A DNA stretch of 64,000 nt from a virus (IMGVR_UViG_3300013105_000004:13973-77972), one strand, 5' to 3'. Counted from the stretch's first letter, positions 45,893-54,692 are shown. Notes: a model not told the origin generated them from the sequence alone. Translations and numbers: made by a program.

Positions 45893-46704
45893 GCCTGCGC
45901 ATCGTGCACCGTATCGATACGGGCTTCACCAAGACGACGTTTCCGGGCGGCGAATCCTGCATCCGCGTAGCGGACAATCTGGACGCTGACGAAATCATCG
46001 TCGGTCTGGACTTCGAATCGAACGTCGATCTGTTCGATCTGGCCCTGCTCGTGGATGCTCTGCGTCGGCAATATCCCGGCACTCCGCTGCGATTGTTTAT
46101 GCCGTACGTACCGTACGCTCGTCAAGACCGCGTGTGCAACGAGGGCGAGAGCCTGTCGATCAAAGTCGTGGCAGACTTCATCAATTCGCTGAAGTTCGAA
46201 CGCGTCTGCATCTTCGACCCGCACTCGGATGTCACGACTGCCCTGCTGGATAACGTGGACGTGTACTCTCAAGAGTTTGCTGCAAAACCTCTTGCCCGTG
46301 CCACGGACCCTAGTAACACTATCATCGTTGCTCCGGACGCCGGGGCTTCGAAGAAGGCAAGCAAGTTTGCCAAGGAAGGAGGGTTCGCTGGCCTAATCCA
46401 AGCGGAAAAGGTTCGTGATCTGCTGACCGGCAAGATTCTGGAAACGCGTGTCCCGGACATCCTCGCCGGGAACATGGACCTGCTGATCGTGGACGACATC
46501 TGCGACGGTGGCCGTACGTTCACGGAACTGGCGAAAGTGCTGCGCTCGAAGACGACCGGCAAGATTCTGTTGTACGTAACGCACGGTATCTTCAGTGCTG
46601 GCCCGGAAGTGTTTGACGGACTGATCGATAAGGTGTACACTGCTAATCCTGTCGGTGCTACTGGCAGGTACGCAGTGTCATCTTGTAAAGTAGTCAAACT
46701 GTAA
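45889..46704 (+). CDS. ribose-phosphate pyrophosphokinase (Prs)-like enzyme; candidate ADP-ribose pyrophosphate synthetase (Adps) of an NAD+ reconstitution pathway
   Basis: PRPP-binding loop LIVDDICDGGRT; MPYVPYARQDR matches Prs motif; shorter (271 aa) than canonical Prs. Confidence 0.7.
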   Translation: MSLRIVHRIDTGFTKTTFPGGESCIRVADNLDADEIIVGLDFESNVDLFDLALLVDALRRQYPGTPLRLFMPYVPYARQDRVCNEGESLSIKVVADFINSLKFERVCIFDPHSDVTTALLDNVDVYSQEFAAKPLARATDPSNTIIVAPDAGASKKASKFAKEGGFAGLIQAEKVRDLLTGKILETRVPDILAGNMDLLIVDDICDGGRTFTELAKVLRSKTTGKILLYVTHGIFSAGPEVFDGLIDKVYTANPVGATGRYAVSSCKVVKL

Positions 46705-46737
46705 TCGTAAGCACCGCTACCAATTAAGGAGAAACAA

Positions 46738-46950
46738 ATGGCAAAGAAACTGAAAGAAGGTGATAAAATTGTCTTCCACAACAGCAAGTCGAACCACAAC
46801 GACCCCGACGTAATCGATCTGACGTTCGGGAAGATTTACGAAGTGCACGAAGCCGTCAACGGCGAGGTCTACGTCTTGGATGACGTTGGCGATATCAATT
46901 ACGCTTGCGACCCGACGGGCTCCGGTAAGTGGACTAAGATCGTAGACTAA
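46738..46950 (+). CDS. hypothetical protein (70 aa)
   Basis: RBS TTAAGGAGAAACAAATG. Confidence 0.5.
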   Translation: MAKKLKEGDKIVFHNSKSNHNDPDVIDLTFGKIYEVHEAVNGEVYVLDDVGDINYACDPTGSGKWTKIVD

Positions 46951-46972
46951 CCAATCAACCAAGGAGAAAACA

Positions 46973-48598
46973 ATGAAAATCAAACCGCACCTGATCCTCG
47001 ACTCGTACAAGCTGGGCCACATCGACCAGTATCCGGAAGGCACGCAATACGTGTACTCCAACCTGACGGCTCGTTCGGCTGGTCACGCCAAGATGGGCAA
47101 GCTGTACGACAACAAGGTGGTGTTCGTCGGCCTGCAAGGCTTCGTGAAAGAGTTCCTGATCGAAGCATGGAACGAACACTTCTTCAAGCGCCCGAAGGAC
47201 GAAGTGATCGCTGAATACAAACGTCGCTGCGACAACTTCCTCGGCCCGGATGCCGTTCGTACGGACCACATCGCTGCTCTGCATGACCTCGGCTACCTGC
47301 CGATCATCATCAAGGCTCTGCCGGAAGGTTCGCGTGTGGACATAAAGGTTCCGTTCCTGACGATCCGTAACACCCTGCCGCAATTCTTCTGGCTGACGAA
47401 CTATCTGGAAACGGTGTTGTCGGACGAGATGTGGCAACAAATCACGGTAGCGACCATTACGTACGAATACCGTCGCATCCTGAACAAATTCGTGGACCTC
47501 ACCGGCTCCGACATCGGCTTTGCCGATTGGCAGATTCACGATTTCTCGATGCGTGGTATGGTCGGCTGGCACGGTGCAGCCAAGGGCGGCGCTGCTCACC
47601 TGTTCATCTCGCGTGGTACGGATACGCTTCCTGCTATCGATTATCTGGAAGAGTACTACAACGCCGACGTGACGAAGGAACTGGTGGCGGGTTCGGTCCC
47701 GGCTACCGAACACAGCGTCATGTGCATGGGTGGCAAGGATGATGAAATCGGTACGTTCCGCCGTCTCATCAAGGACGTGTACCCTTCGGGCATCGTCTCC
47801 ATCGTGTCGGATACGTGGGACTTCTGGCAAGTGATTACGGAGTACGCCAACACGCTGAAGGATGATATCCTGAACCGTACCCCGAACGCTCTGGGTCAAG
47901 CGAAAGTGGTGTTCCGTCCAGACTCCGGTGATCCCGTCAAGATCGTCGCTGGTCTGCGTGCAATCGAGTTGAACGAAGTGAGCGAAGACAACTTCTTCCG
48001 GTATGATGTCGTTATCAAAGACGGCAAGTACTACGAGTTCGAAGCGGCCTTCTGCGGCGATCTGTGCGAGTGCATGCTGGATATCGAACTCGGCCGTGAA
48101 GTGCCCGAGCACGAAGTCAAGGGTGCTGTCGAATGCCTCTGGGACATCTTCGGCGGCGACGTGACGGCGAAGGGCTACAAGACGTTGAATCAGCGCGTGG
48201 GCCTGATCTACGGCGATTCGATCACGCTGAAGCGTGCAGAAGAAATCCTGCAACGCCTGATGGACAAAGGCTTCAGCGCTGGTAACATCGTGTTCGGTGT
48301 TGGTAGCTTTACGTACCAGTACATCACTCGTGATACGTTCGGCATGGCTGTCAAGGCTACGTGGGGCGTCGTGAATGGCAAGGCTCTGAACATTCAGAAA
48401 GACCCGAAGACCGGCGACGGTATGAAGAAGTCGGCAACGGGCCTGCTGCGTGTCGAGAAGGAAGGCGACAAGTTTGTGCTGTATGACAAGCAATCGATTC
48501 ACGACGAAATGCTGGGCGAGCTGGAAACCCTCTTCGTTGACGGCCAGTTGCTGCGCGATGAAACGTTCGCTACCATCGTAGAACGTCTCAAGCAGTAA
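46973..48598 (+). CDS. nicotinamide phosphoribosyltransferase (NAMPT/NadV)-like enzyme; candidate Namat
   Basis: N-terminus LILDSYKLGH..; 541 aa NAPRTase-family length; leader AACCAATCAACCAAGGAGAAAACAATG. Confidence 0.75.
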   Translation: MKIKPHLILDSYKLGHIDQYPEGTQYVYSNLTARSAGHAKMGKLYDNKVVFVGLQGFVKEFLIEAWNEHFFKRPKDEVIAEYKRRCDNFLGPDAVRTDHIAALHDLGYLPIIIKALPEGSRVDIKVPFLTIRNTLPQFFWLTNYLETVLSDEMWQQITVATITYEYRRILNKFVDLTGSDIGFADWQIHDFSMRGMVGWHGAAKGGAAHLFISRGTDTLPAIDYLEEYYNADVTKELVAGSVPATEHSVMCMGGKDDEIGTFRRLIKDVYPSGIVSIVSDTWDFWQVITEYANTLKDDILNRTPNALGQAKVVFRPDSGDPVKIVAGLRAIELNEVSEDNFFRYDVVIKDGKYYEFEAAFCGDLCECMLDIELGREVPEHEVKGAVECLWDIFGGDVTAKGYKTLNQRVGLIYGDSITLKRAEEILQRLMDKGFSAGNIVFGVGSFTYQYITRDTFGMAVKATWGVVNGKALNIQKDPKTGDGMKKSATGLLRVEKEGDKFVLYDKQSIHDEMLGELETLFVDGQLLRDETFATIVERLKQ

Positions 48599-48610
48599 GA
48601 AAGAAGCGTT

Positions 48611-48868
48611 ATGGCACTAGACATCTTCGGAAATACTCTGTATACTGGTGATGTTGTCGTGTTCGCAGAAGAGGGTTGGGGCGGAGAGCCCTCCCTCGCT
48701 GTCTTCGAAGTGGAAGAAGTAGTCGATACCAACGTCGTCAGCGCTAGAGCAATGAACGACTACGCAATCGGGGAACTCTTCTACCTTCAGGACACGGACA
48801 AGCGTTGCTCGCTGATCCGCAATGTGTTCAAGACAGCAGCACTAAACCGTAGTACCACTATCAACTAA
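48611..48868 (+). CDS. hypothetical protein (85 aa)
   Basis: ORF. Confidence 0.45.
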   Translation: MALDIFGNTLYTGDVVVFAEEGWGGEPSLAVFEVEEVVDTNVVSARAMNDYAIGELFYLQDTDKRCSLIRNVFKTAALNRSTTIN

Positions 48869-48885
48869 CTAAGGAGAAATACACT

Positions 48886-50265
48886 ATGAAACAATCGAAA
48901 AACTACATCGGCTTCGTCAACGATCACTCGGGCTCGATGGCTGGTAAGCGTGCTGAAGCAGCAATCCTCGACTACAACGCCAACATCACGGCGATCAAGG
49001 ATGCAGCGAACGCTGAACTGCTCGACACCGTTGTTTCCGTCGTCGGCCTCGGTATCGGTAACTCCCCGCTCGGCGGTTACGCCAACGGCACGGAGCGTCA
49101 GGTGGTCATCTCGAATCCGCACGTCCTGAAGCCTGTCGCTGACTGGCCGACTCCGGGCAACACGCCGCTGTACGACGGCGTGGGCGATATGATCGAACTG
49201 CTCGAATCGCTGCCGGATGCGAAGGACTCGCACGTTTCGTTCCTCGTGATGACCACGACGGATGGCGAAGAGAATGGCTCCCGTCGTTACAGCGCTGGCT
49301 CGCTGCGTCAGAAGATCGAACAACTGCAACGTACCGGCCGCTGGACCTTCGTGTTCCGTATTCCGAAGGGCTACCGCAGCTACGTCAGCAACCTCGGCGT
49401 CCCGGCTGGTAACATCGTGGAATGGGAAACCACTGCTGAAGGTATGGCGAAAGCTACGGCTGCTACCACGCAAGCAATGCACAGCTTCTACACGGCTCGT
49501 TCGGCAGGCAAGTCCAGCTCGACCGTCTTCTACGCTGATGCAACCGCTGTCGATACGTCGAAGCTGGTGGACATCTCGAAGCGTACGTCGCTGTACGTGG
49601 TGGAAGCTCACGAGAACGGCAAGCAGATTCGTGACTTCATCCTGTCCCGTCGCACTCGCTACCTGAAAGGTGCAGCGTTCTACCAGCTCACCAAGACGGA
49701 AGCTCGTGTTGGCCCGAACAAGATGCTGGCTGTCCGTGACCGTAACACTGGCGTCGTGTACGCTGGTAAGGAAGCCCGTACGATGCTGGGCCTGTCGTCG
49801 GTGGACAACATCCGCCTGCACCCCGGCAACCACGGCAACTACGACCTGTTCATCCAGTCGGAATCGGTGAACCGGAAGCTGGTGGCTGGTACTGGCGTGC
49901 TGTACTGGGAAGAAATCGGCGTGCCGTTCACCCAAGAAGAAATCGACCGCTTCACGGGTAACGCTCCGGCTGCTCCTGCAAAACCGGCTGTCGTGCAACT
50001 GCCTGCTGTTCCGGTGACGAACAAGCCGACGCCTTCGCCGCTGAAGCCTACGCCGAAGGTAACGTTGCCAGCTCCGGGCACGCCTCCGAAGGCTCTGCCT
50101 GCTGTGAATGGCCGTGTGCGTTACCACGAGCCGACGCTGGACGCTCTGTTCTACTCGACGCGTGATATCGCTCGTGAAGTGGCTCACTCGATGCCGGGTA
50201 AGAAGCAGTACGATGCTGGCCCTACCGCTCCGTACGGTCGTCGTTTCTTCGTCGCAGCAGCGTAA
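48886..50265 (+). CDS. von Willebrand factor A (vWA) domain protein with Pro-rich C-terminal region
   Basis: MIDAS motif DHSGSM; ...TTDGEENG. Confidence 0.7.
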   Translation: MKQSKNYIGFVNDHSGSMAGKRAEAAILDYNANITAIKDAANAELLDTVVSVVGLGIGNSPLGGYANGTERQVVISNPHVLKPVADWPTPGNTPLYDGVGDMIELLESLPDAKDSHVSFLVMTTTDGEENGSRRYSAGSLRQKIEQLQRTGRWTFVFRIPKGYRSYVSNLGVPAGNIVEWETTAEGMAKATAATTQAMHSFYTARSAGKSSSTVFYADATAVDTSKLVDISKRTSLYVVEAHENGKQIRDFILSRRTRYLKGAAFYQLTKTEARVGPNKMLAVRDRNTGVVYAGKEARTMLGLSSVDNIRLHPGNHGNYDLFIQSESVNRKLVAGTGVLYWEEIGVPFTQEEIDRFTGNAPAAPAKPAVVQLPAVPVTNKPTPSPLKPTPKVTLPAPGTPPKALPAVNGRVRYHEPTLDALFYSTRDIAREVAHSMPGKKQYDAGPTAPYGRRFFVAAA

Positions 50266-50272
50266 CTAGCGC

Positions 50273-50301
50273 TTGACAGGGTAGATAGGAAGTACTACAA
50301 T
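50273..50301 (+). promoter_or_regulatory. promoter TTGACA-17-TACAAT
   Basis: read from sequence. Confidence 0.6.
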
Positions 50302-50371
50302 GCTTCCTGTCTACTGAAACTTGCAATCCGTCCTAGCATATGTTATACTACTACCTTTAAGGAGGTAGTAG

Positions 50372-50941
50372 ATGAACGAGATTTTTGAGTACGATGAAAC
50401 AAGCCCTTCGGGGATGAGATGGAAGGTCGATAGATATACAGGCCACTCCAAGACACGAAAGCACATATCCGCTGGGGACGTAGCCGGACACTGGAGCAAG
50501 GCAGGTTACTGGACCGTTAACGTCAACAACAAAGCCTACTATGTACATCGTGTTATCATGGAACTGCATGGTTACGACATAGAAGGCCTTGAGGTTGACC
50601 ATCGTGACAAGAACAGATCGAATAACAAGCTAAGTAATCTTCGTGTCGTACCTAGAGTGCTTAACTCCCGGAACATAACGATGAGGGATGATAATTCGAG
50701 TGGGGTGACTGGTGTTGTATGGCAAGAATCAAAGTACAGCACAGTAGCTACTGCTTGCTGGCAAGAAGCTGGACGACAGAGCCGGAAGAGTTTTTCAGTC
50801 GGCAAGTACGGGCTGCTAGGGGCATTTGCCAAGGCGGTCCAGTTTAGAAAAGAAACCATCCAGAGGCTAAACACCGAAGGATACGACTACACGGAAGGAC
50901 ACGGAAATGGCGCTACGGATCGAGAGCGGGGACTTGTTTAA
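50372..50941 (+). CDS. HNH homing endonuclease with AP2 domain (paralog of 21094..21693)
   Basis: HRVIMELHGY..VDHRDKNRSNNKLSNLR + SGVTGVVWQ..ATACWQ. Confidence 0.7.
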   Translation: MNEIFEYDETSPSGMRWKVDRYTGHSKTRKHISAGDVAGHWSKAGYWTVNVNNKAYYVHRVIMELHGYDIEGLEVDHRDKNRSNNKLSNLRVVPRVLNSRNITMRDDNSSGVTGVVWQESKYSTVATACWQEAGRQSRKSFSVGKYGLLGAFAKAVQFRKETIQRLNTEGYDYTEGHGNGATDRERGLV

Positions 50942-51365
50942 CGAAGCAATGGGCAAGAGGGTCATCATCGCGCACGGATGTAATAAGCAGGGGAAAATGG
51001 CTTCGGGATTTGCCGGAGTCGTCAAAAAGCTCTACCCATTCTGTTACTCTGCCTACATGCAGGAACATAATGACTTCGGGCTGGTAGGCGGGGATGTAGT
51101 TTTTGCTACGTCTAAAGATAGCAAGGTAGTGGTAGCTAACGCTATTACGCAAGAATTTTATGGACGGGACGGTAAAAAGTATGTAGACTACGACTGGGTT
51201 GTGGATTCTATGACCAAAGTTGCAGACTACTCCAAGAAGCACAATATCCCGATCTACCTCCCGATGATCGGTGGCGGTCTGGGTGGTGGTGACGTGAAGC
51301 GCCTCACGGCTATCTTCCAAGCTGTCTTCTTTGATGTGGACGCTACGCTGTACGTGCAAGAATGA
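50907..51365 (+). CDS. macrodomain protein, TARG1/OARD1-like (ADP-ribose binding/glycohydrolase)
   Basis: IIAHGCNKQGKMASGFAGVVKKLYP resembles TARG1 [22 protein letters not shown]; C-terminal LPMIGGGLGGG. Confidence 0.65.
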   Translation: MALRIESGDLFNEAMGKRVIIAHGCNKQGKMASGFAGVVKKLYPFCYSAYMQEHNDFGLVGGDVVFATSKDSKVVVANAITQEFYGRDGKKYVDYDWVVDSMTKVADYSKKHNIPIYLPMIGGGLGGGDVKRLTAIFQAVFFDVDATLYVQE

Positions 51366-51467
51366 AGCGCTTCTTCGGTTGGTTGAAGAAGCTGCTCCTT
51401 GAGGATAAGCCGCATCCGAAAGGTGATGAAATGTTCCGTGGCAAAACTATTGAATAGGAGAAATAAA

Positions 51468-51644
51468 ATGGCATACGTAATCACGATGTTCGCTCTGTAC
51501 GCCGTAATGGTTGGCGGCTGGATCGCCAATCTGGTGAAACTTATCGGGATGATCGGTCACACCGACCTTCTGACCCTGCTGCCGGTGCTGCGTATCGTCG
51601 GCCTGTTCGTTGCACCGCTGGGTTCCGTACTCGGCTTCATGTAA
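51468..51644 (+). CDS. small membrane protein (58 aa)
   Basis: RBS ATAGGAGAAATAAAATG; hydrophobic. Confidence 0.45.
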   Translation: MAYVITMFALYAVMVGGWIANLVKLIGMIGHTDLLTLLPVLRIVGLFVAPLGSVLGFM

Positions 51645-51693
51645 TACAACGGCTACGTAAGTAGCCATACATACCAACTTAAAGGAGAATCAA

Positions 51694-51975
51694 ATGTTCG
51701 TTTACCAATACCAATACATCCGTTCCAAATTCCTGAGCATCCCGCTCGTCCGCCGTGTCTTCAAGATCAAGGACGAAGTTCGCAAGGTCGATAACGTCCT
51801 GACGGCATTCAACGCTGCCGTGGCTGATCTGGAAAAGGTGGCCGTGCAACACGCTGGCCTCGCCGTGGCACACACCCGTGAAATTGAAGCACGTACCGCT
51901 GCCAAGCTGGCTGCTGAAGCCGAGGCGGCCAAAGCTACCAACATCGCTGCTAAGATGAAGGCGGTGTTCCAATGA
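51694..51975 (+). CDS. hypothetical protein (93 aa)
   Basis: RBS AAAGGAGAATCAAATG. Confidence 0.5.
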   Translation: MFVYQYQYIRSKFLSIPLVRRVFKIKDEVRKVDNVLTAFNAAVADLEKVAVQHAGLAVAHTREIEARTAAKLAAEAEAAKATNIAAKMKAVFQ

Positions 51976-52199
51976 AGATCGACGCTGGTACGCCGGTGTT
52001 CGTCCCTGTGACGATTACCATCCAATCGCAGGAAGAGTTGCAGCTTTTCGCAGCCTTCTTCGGGGAAGGGGCTGGGTGCGTCGGTGACGCGTACGGTCTT
52101 CCGGAGGACTTCATGTACGATACCTACAAGGAGTTGAAGGATGTACTCGACGCCCGTGGAATCCCGTACGTAAGAAAACTCGACGTAACAACCAAGTAA
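51972..52199 (+). CDS. hypothetical protein (75 aa)
   Basis: ATGA-coupled. Confidence 0.45.
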   Translation: MKIDAGTPVFVPVTITIQSQEELQLFAAFFGEGAGCVGDAYGLPEDFMYDTYKELKDVLDARGIPYVRKLDVTTK

Positions 52200-52209
52200 G
52201 GAGCACTAC

Positions 52210-52638
52210 ATGACTACGAAGCAACAAGCCCTGATCGAATACAGCCGTGAAATCGGTCCCCGTGTTCGCGACATCATCAACAAGAAGCAGATTATCAAGG
52301 ACTTCATCACGACCGATCAACGTGCCGTCGAGATGGCAGAAGAGGCCAAAGCCGCTACCGAAGCTGCCAAGGCTGAGCTGAAGAAGTACGTCGAAACGGA
52401 GAACGCCGAACTACTCGAAGAAATCAAGGAGCTGGAGAAGGAACTGGGCCTCGCCATCAAGGCTGCTGCACGTTCCACCAAGGGCACCGACCACGAGTTC
52501 AAGGCCGGGGAACTGAAGCCCTACTTCGTCGCTCGTAACAAGCCGTTCGAACAAGGCAAGCCGTCGCCGGTCAAGAAGGTGATCGTCAAGGGCGACACGT
52601 TCGAAGTCCTCGAAGCCATCCTCGGCAAAGACGACTGA
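52210..52638 (+). CDS. hypothetical protein (142 aa)
   Basis: RBS AAGGAGCACTACATG. Confidence 0.55.
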   Translation: MTTKQQALIEYSREIGPRVRDIINKKQIIKDFITTDQRAVEMAEEAKAATEAAKAELKKYVETENAELLEEIKELEKELGLAIKAAARSTKGTDHEFKAGELKPYFVARNKPFEQGKPSPVKKVIVKGDTFEVLEAILGKDD

Positions 52639-52640
52639 CA

Positions 52641-52678
52641 ATAAAAAAGGAGGGAGGACCATTACAGTCCTTCCCTCC
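52641..52678 (-). terminator. terminator hairpin at convergent junction (GGAGGGAGGAC..GTCCTTCCCTCC; T-run on - strand), possibly bidirectional
   Basis: read from sequence. Confidence 0.6.
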
Positions 52679-52702
52679 AACACACCCTACCACGGATGAT
52701 CC

Positions 52703-53212
52703 TTACTCGTATTTACCAGACCTAAACGTGGACGGCTCTGATTCAAGGTAAGCTAAAGCCTTTTTCAGTCCCTCCACGTTATCTCCTAGCGATCCTATTC
52801 CTGTGTTGCAATTGGTACAGAGAATCCCTCTCACATATCCCGTGACATGGCAATGATCTACGTTAGCCGTTGTCCGCGTCAACTCCGTACTGCATACCTT
52901 ACACTTCCCGCCTTGACTTGCCAGCATTCCCTCTACGTCCGTAAGAGTCATTCCATACTTCGTCTGGTACGTATTGTCCGCCTGTTTCAAAGCGTCTCGC
53001 TTACGTTTGGCTCCATCTGACCTTCTAGCTTCGTAGTACTTGGCAGACTTTTCTGGATTATCTTTGCGGTACTTCGCAGAGTACACTTTCATCTGCTCTT
53101 TGTACTCTGGATGTGCTCGCCTAAACTCTCTTGCGTAACAGGATGAGCACATTCCTTTAGCGAAGTGCTTCTTCTCAGGGTGGCAAGTAGCTGCCTTTAC
53201 TGGCCTACTCAT
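52703..53212 (-). CDS. endonuclease VII-like Holliday junction resolvase (HNH-type)
   Basis: CKVC...VDHCHVTGYVRGILCTNCNTGIG matches T4 endo VII motif. Confidence 0.75.
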   Translation of the reverse strand: MSRPVKAATCHPEKKHFAKGMCSSCYAREFRRAHPEYKEQMKVYSAKYRKDNPEKSAKYYEARRSDGAKRKRDALKQADNTYQTKYGMTLTDVEGMLASQGGKCKVCSTELTRTTANVDHCHVTGYVRGILCTNCNTGIGSLGDNVEGLKKALAYLESEPSTFRSGKYE

Positions 53213-53757
53213 TTCTTTGCAGGCTCTACAGGGACGGACTGGGCAAGTAGGCGAGTCTTCTCAGAACTGCCTGAAGTGCTACCGAAGTAGTAGCTAATCA
53301 CGCCTGTCCATGCCGTACCCAGAGTACCTAACATGATATACAACACTTCCTTCGTACCAGCCGGTACAGTCCCGAACATCAAAGCTGCCAGCACCGAGAA
53401 GAAGCCAAGCGTAATCGCGTAGGCCAGAACCTTCGGCGTATTGTCTTTCACTTCCGTCTCACGCTTACGAGCTGAGTCGCGATCCGTCCCCGCCAACTCT
53501 TCCCGTTTGATACCTAGCGTTTCCATCTGCACTTGGTATTCCTGATCGGCTTTCTTCAGGGCCAGCAGTTGATCCGGTGTAGCGCCACTAATCGCTGCCA
53601 CAAGCGCTTCCTGCTTGTCGGAGGTAGTTCCGGTAGTCTTCACTCCGAAAACGCCTTCTAGGGCCGCTACAGCCCCTCCAGCAAGGGGTCCGCCAACAGC
53701 GGTAGCTAGCGTAGGAGCGATCTTCGCTAGAACGTTGCCTAAGTCTTTGAAATCCAT
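53209..53757 (-). CDS. holin-like membrane protein (C-terminal TM helices)
   Basis: position next to endolysin; 2 predicted TM segments. Confidence 0.45.
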   Translation of the reverse strand: MDFKDLGNVLAKIAPTLATAVGGPLAGGAVAALEGVFGVKTTGTTSDKQEALVAAISGATPDQLLALKKADQEYQVQMETLGIKREELAGTDRDSARKRETEVKDNTPKVLAYAITLGFFSVLAALMFGTVPAGTKEVLYIMLGTLGTAWTGVISYYFGSTSGSSEKTRLLAQSVPVEPAKK

Positions 53758-53767
53758 ACAATCTCCT

Positions 53768-54313
53768 TTATACTTTGAAGTGAACCCGGTTTGTGATCCA
53801 ACCTACGAGGAAGTCTTCCTGCACAGGATTGTTCTTCGCGATGGCGAGGTAGCGGGCTCCGCGATTGATAATTAGCGCCTTCAGTAACAGGTCTTCGCCC
53901 CGTTTAGCCAGAAGGGTAGCCAGTACATTCAACGTACCTGCACCTAGTACACCATCCTCTTTAATGTCAACGTAGTCTTTACCTTGACGGTTGAGTAGGT
54001 TAAGGCACTCTTGAAGGGCTACGGTTGCGGCACGTGGCCCCATATTAACGCCCATGTCTGCCAGCTCCGCCGCCACTTTACCGGACAGCATAGCCACACG
54101 GTCGAATTTCGGTTCAAGCCAATAACGGTTTAGGTAGATTTGCTTGGCCGTAGCACGGGGGAGGTCTTTCATAGGCCCGTAGTATCCATTGGCCTTAGCT
54201 GTCGTGACAGTGACGCCATACATCGTCTCGCCACCGGCATCATTTTTGTCATTCGTATAGCCGCCCTCGGCTACAAGAATGTCGTCAATAATCTTATCAA
54301 CGACATCATCCAT
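53768..54313 (-). CDS. endolysin: GH108 N-acetylmuramidase with C-terminal peptidoglycan-binding domain
   Basis: EGGYTNDKNDAGGETMYG = GH108 EGGY..D..D.GG.T signature. Confidence 0.8.
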   Translation of the reverse strand: MDDVVDKIIDDILVAEGGYTNDKNDAGGETMYGVTVTTAKANGYYGPMKDLPRATAKQIYLNRYWLEPKFDRVAMLSGKVAAELADMGVNMGPRAATVALQECLNLLNRQGKDYVDIKEDGVLGAGTLNVLATLLAKRGEDLLLKALIINRGARYLAIAKNNPVQEDFLVGWITNRVHFKV

Positions 54314-54338
54314 TTCATTTCTCCTTCTGCGTTTACGC

Positions 54339-54692
54339 TTATCGAGTTTCTTGTTTACGTACCATTTCGATCATCAGCTTGAGCTGTGCCAAAATGTTAG
54401 TTTCTGTGGAACGAATCTGGTCCGTCAGGCGGGCCGAGAGCTGTTCGATTTCCTTGTCATGCTTTGCTTCCAACTTGTTCACAAGTTTCTCCGTGTCGGC
54501 TTTCGCATCTGCGATTTCAGATTGAAGACGGCGTTCCATATCAGTCATACGTTCTGTATCTGCTTTTTCCTTGATGGCTTCTGCGTGGCCTTTTGATTCA
54601 TCTCGTAGGAGTTTCCATACCACGCCTACAAGCATGGTAATGAACGTGAAGAGTCCACCTGCGATCCAGAGGATTACGGTTTCGTTTGGCAT
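54339..54692 (-). CDS. i-spanin-like (or class III holin-like) protein: N-terminal TM + coiled coil
   Basis: topology read from sequence. Confidence 0.45.
   Translation of the reverse strand: MPNETVILWIAGGLFTFITMLVGVVWKLLRDESKGHAEAIKEKADTERMTDMERRLQSEIADAKADTEKLVNKLEAKHDKEIEQLSARLTDQIRSTETNILAQLKLMIEMVRKQETR

Noticed and set aside
40718-50187. Antisense ORFs opposite RNR, NAMPT and vWA genes (40718..41524-, 41609..42262-, 46955..48502-, 48865..50187-)
   Set aside because: Same reasoning; the sense-strand genes carry conserved catalytic motifs.
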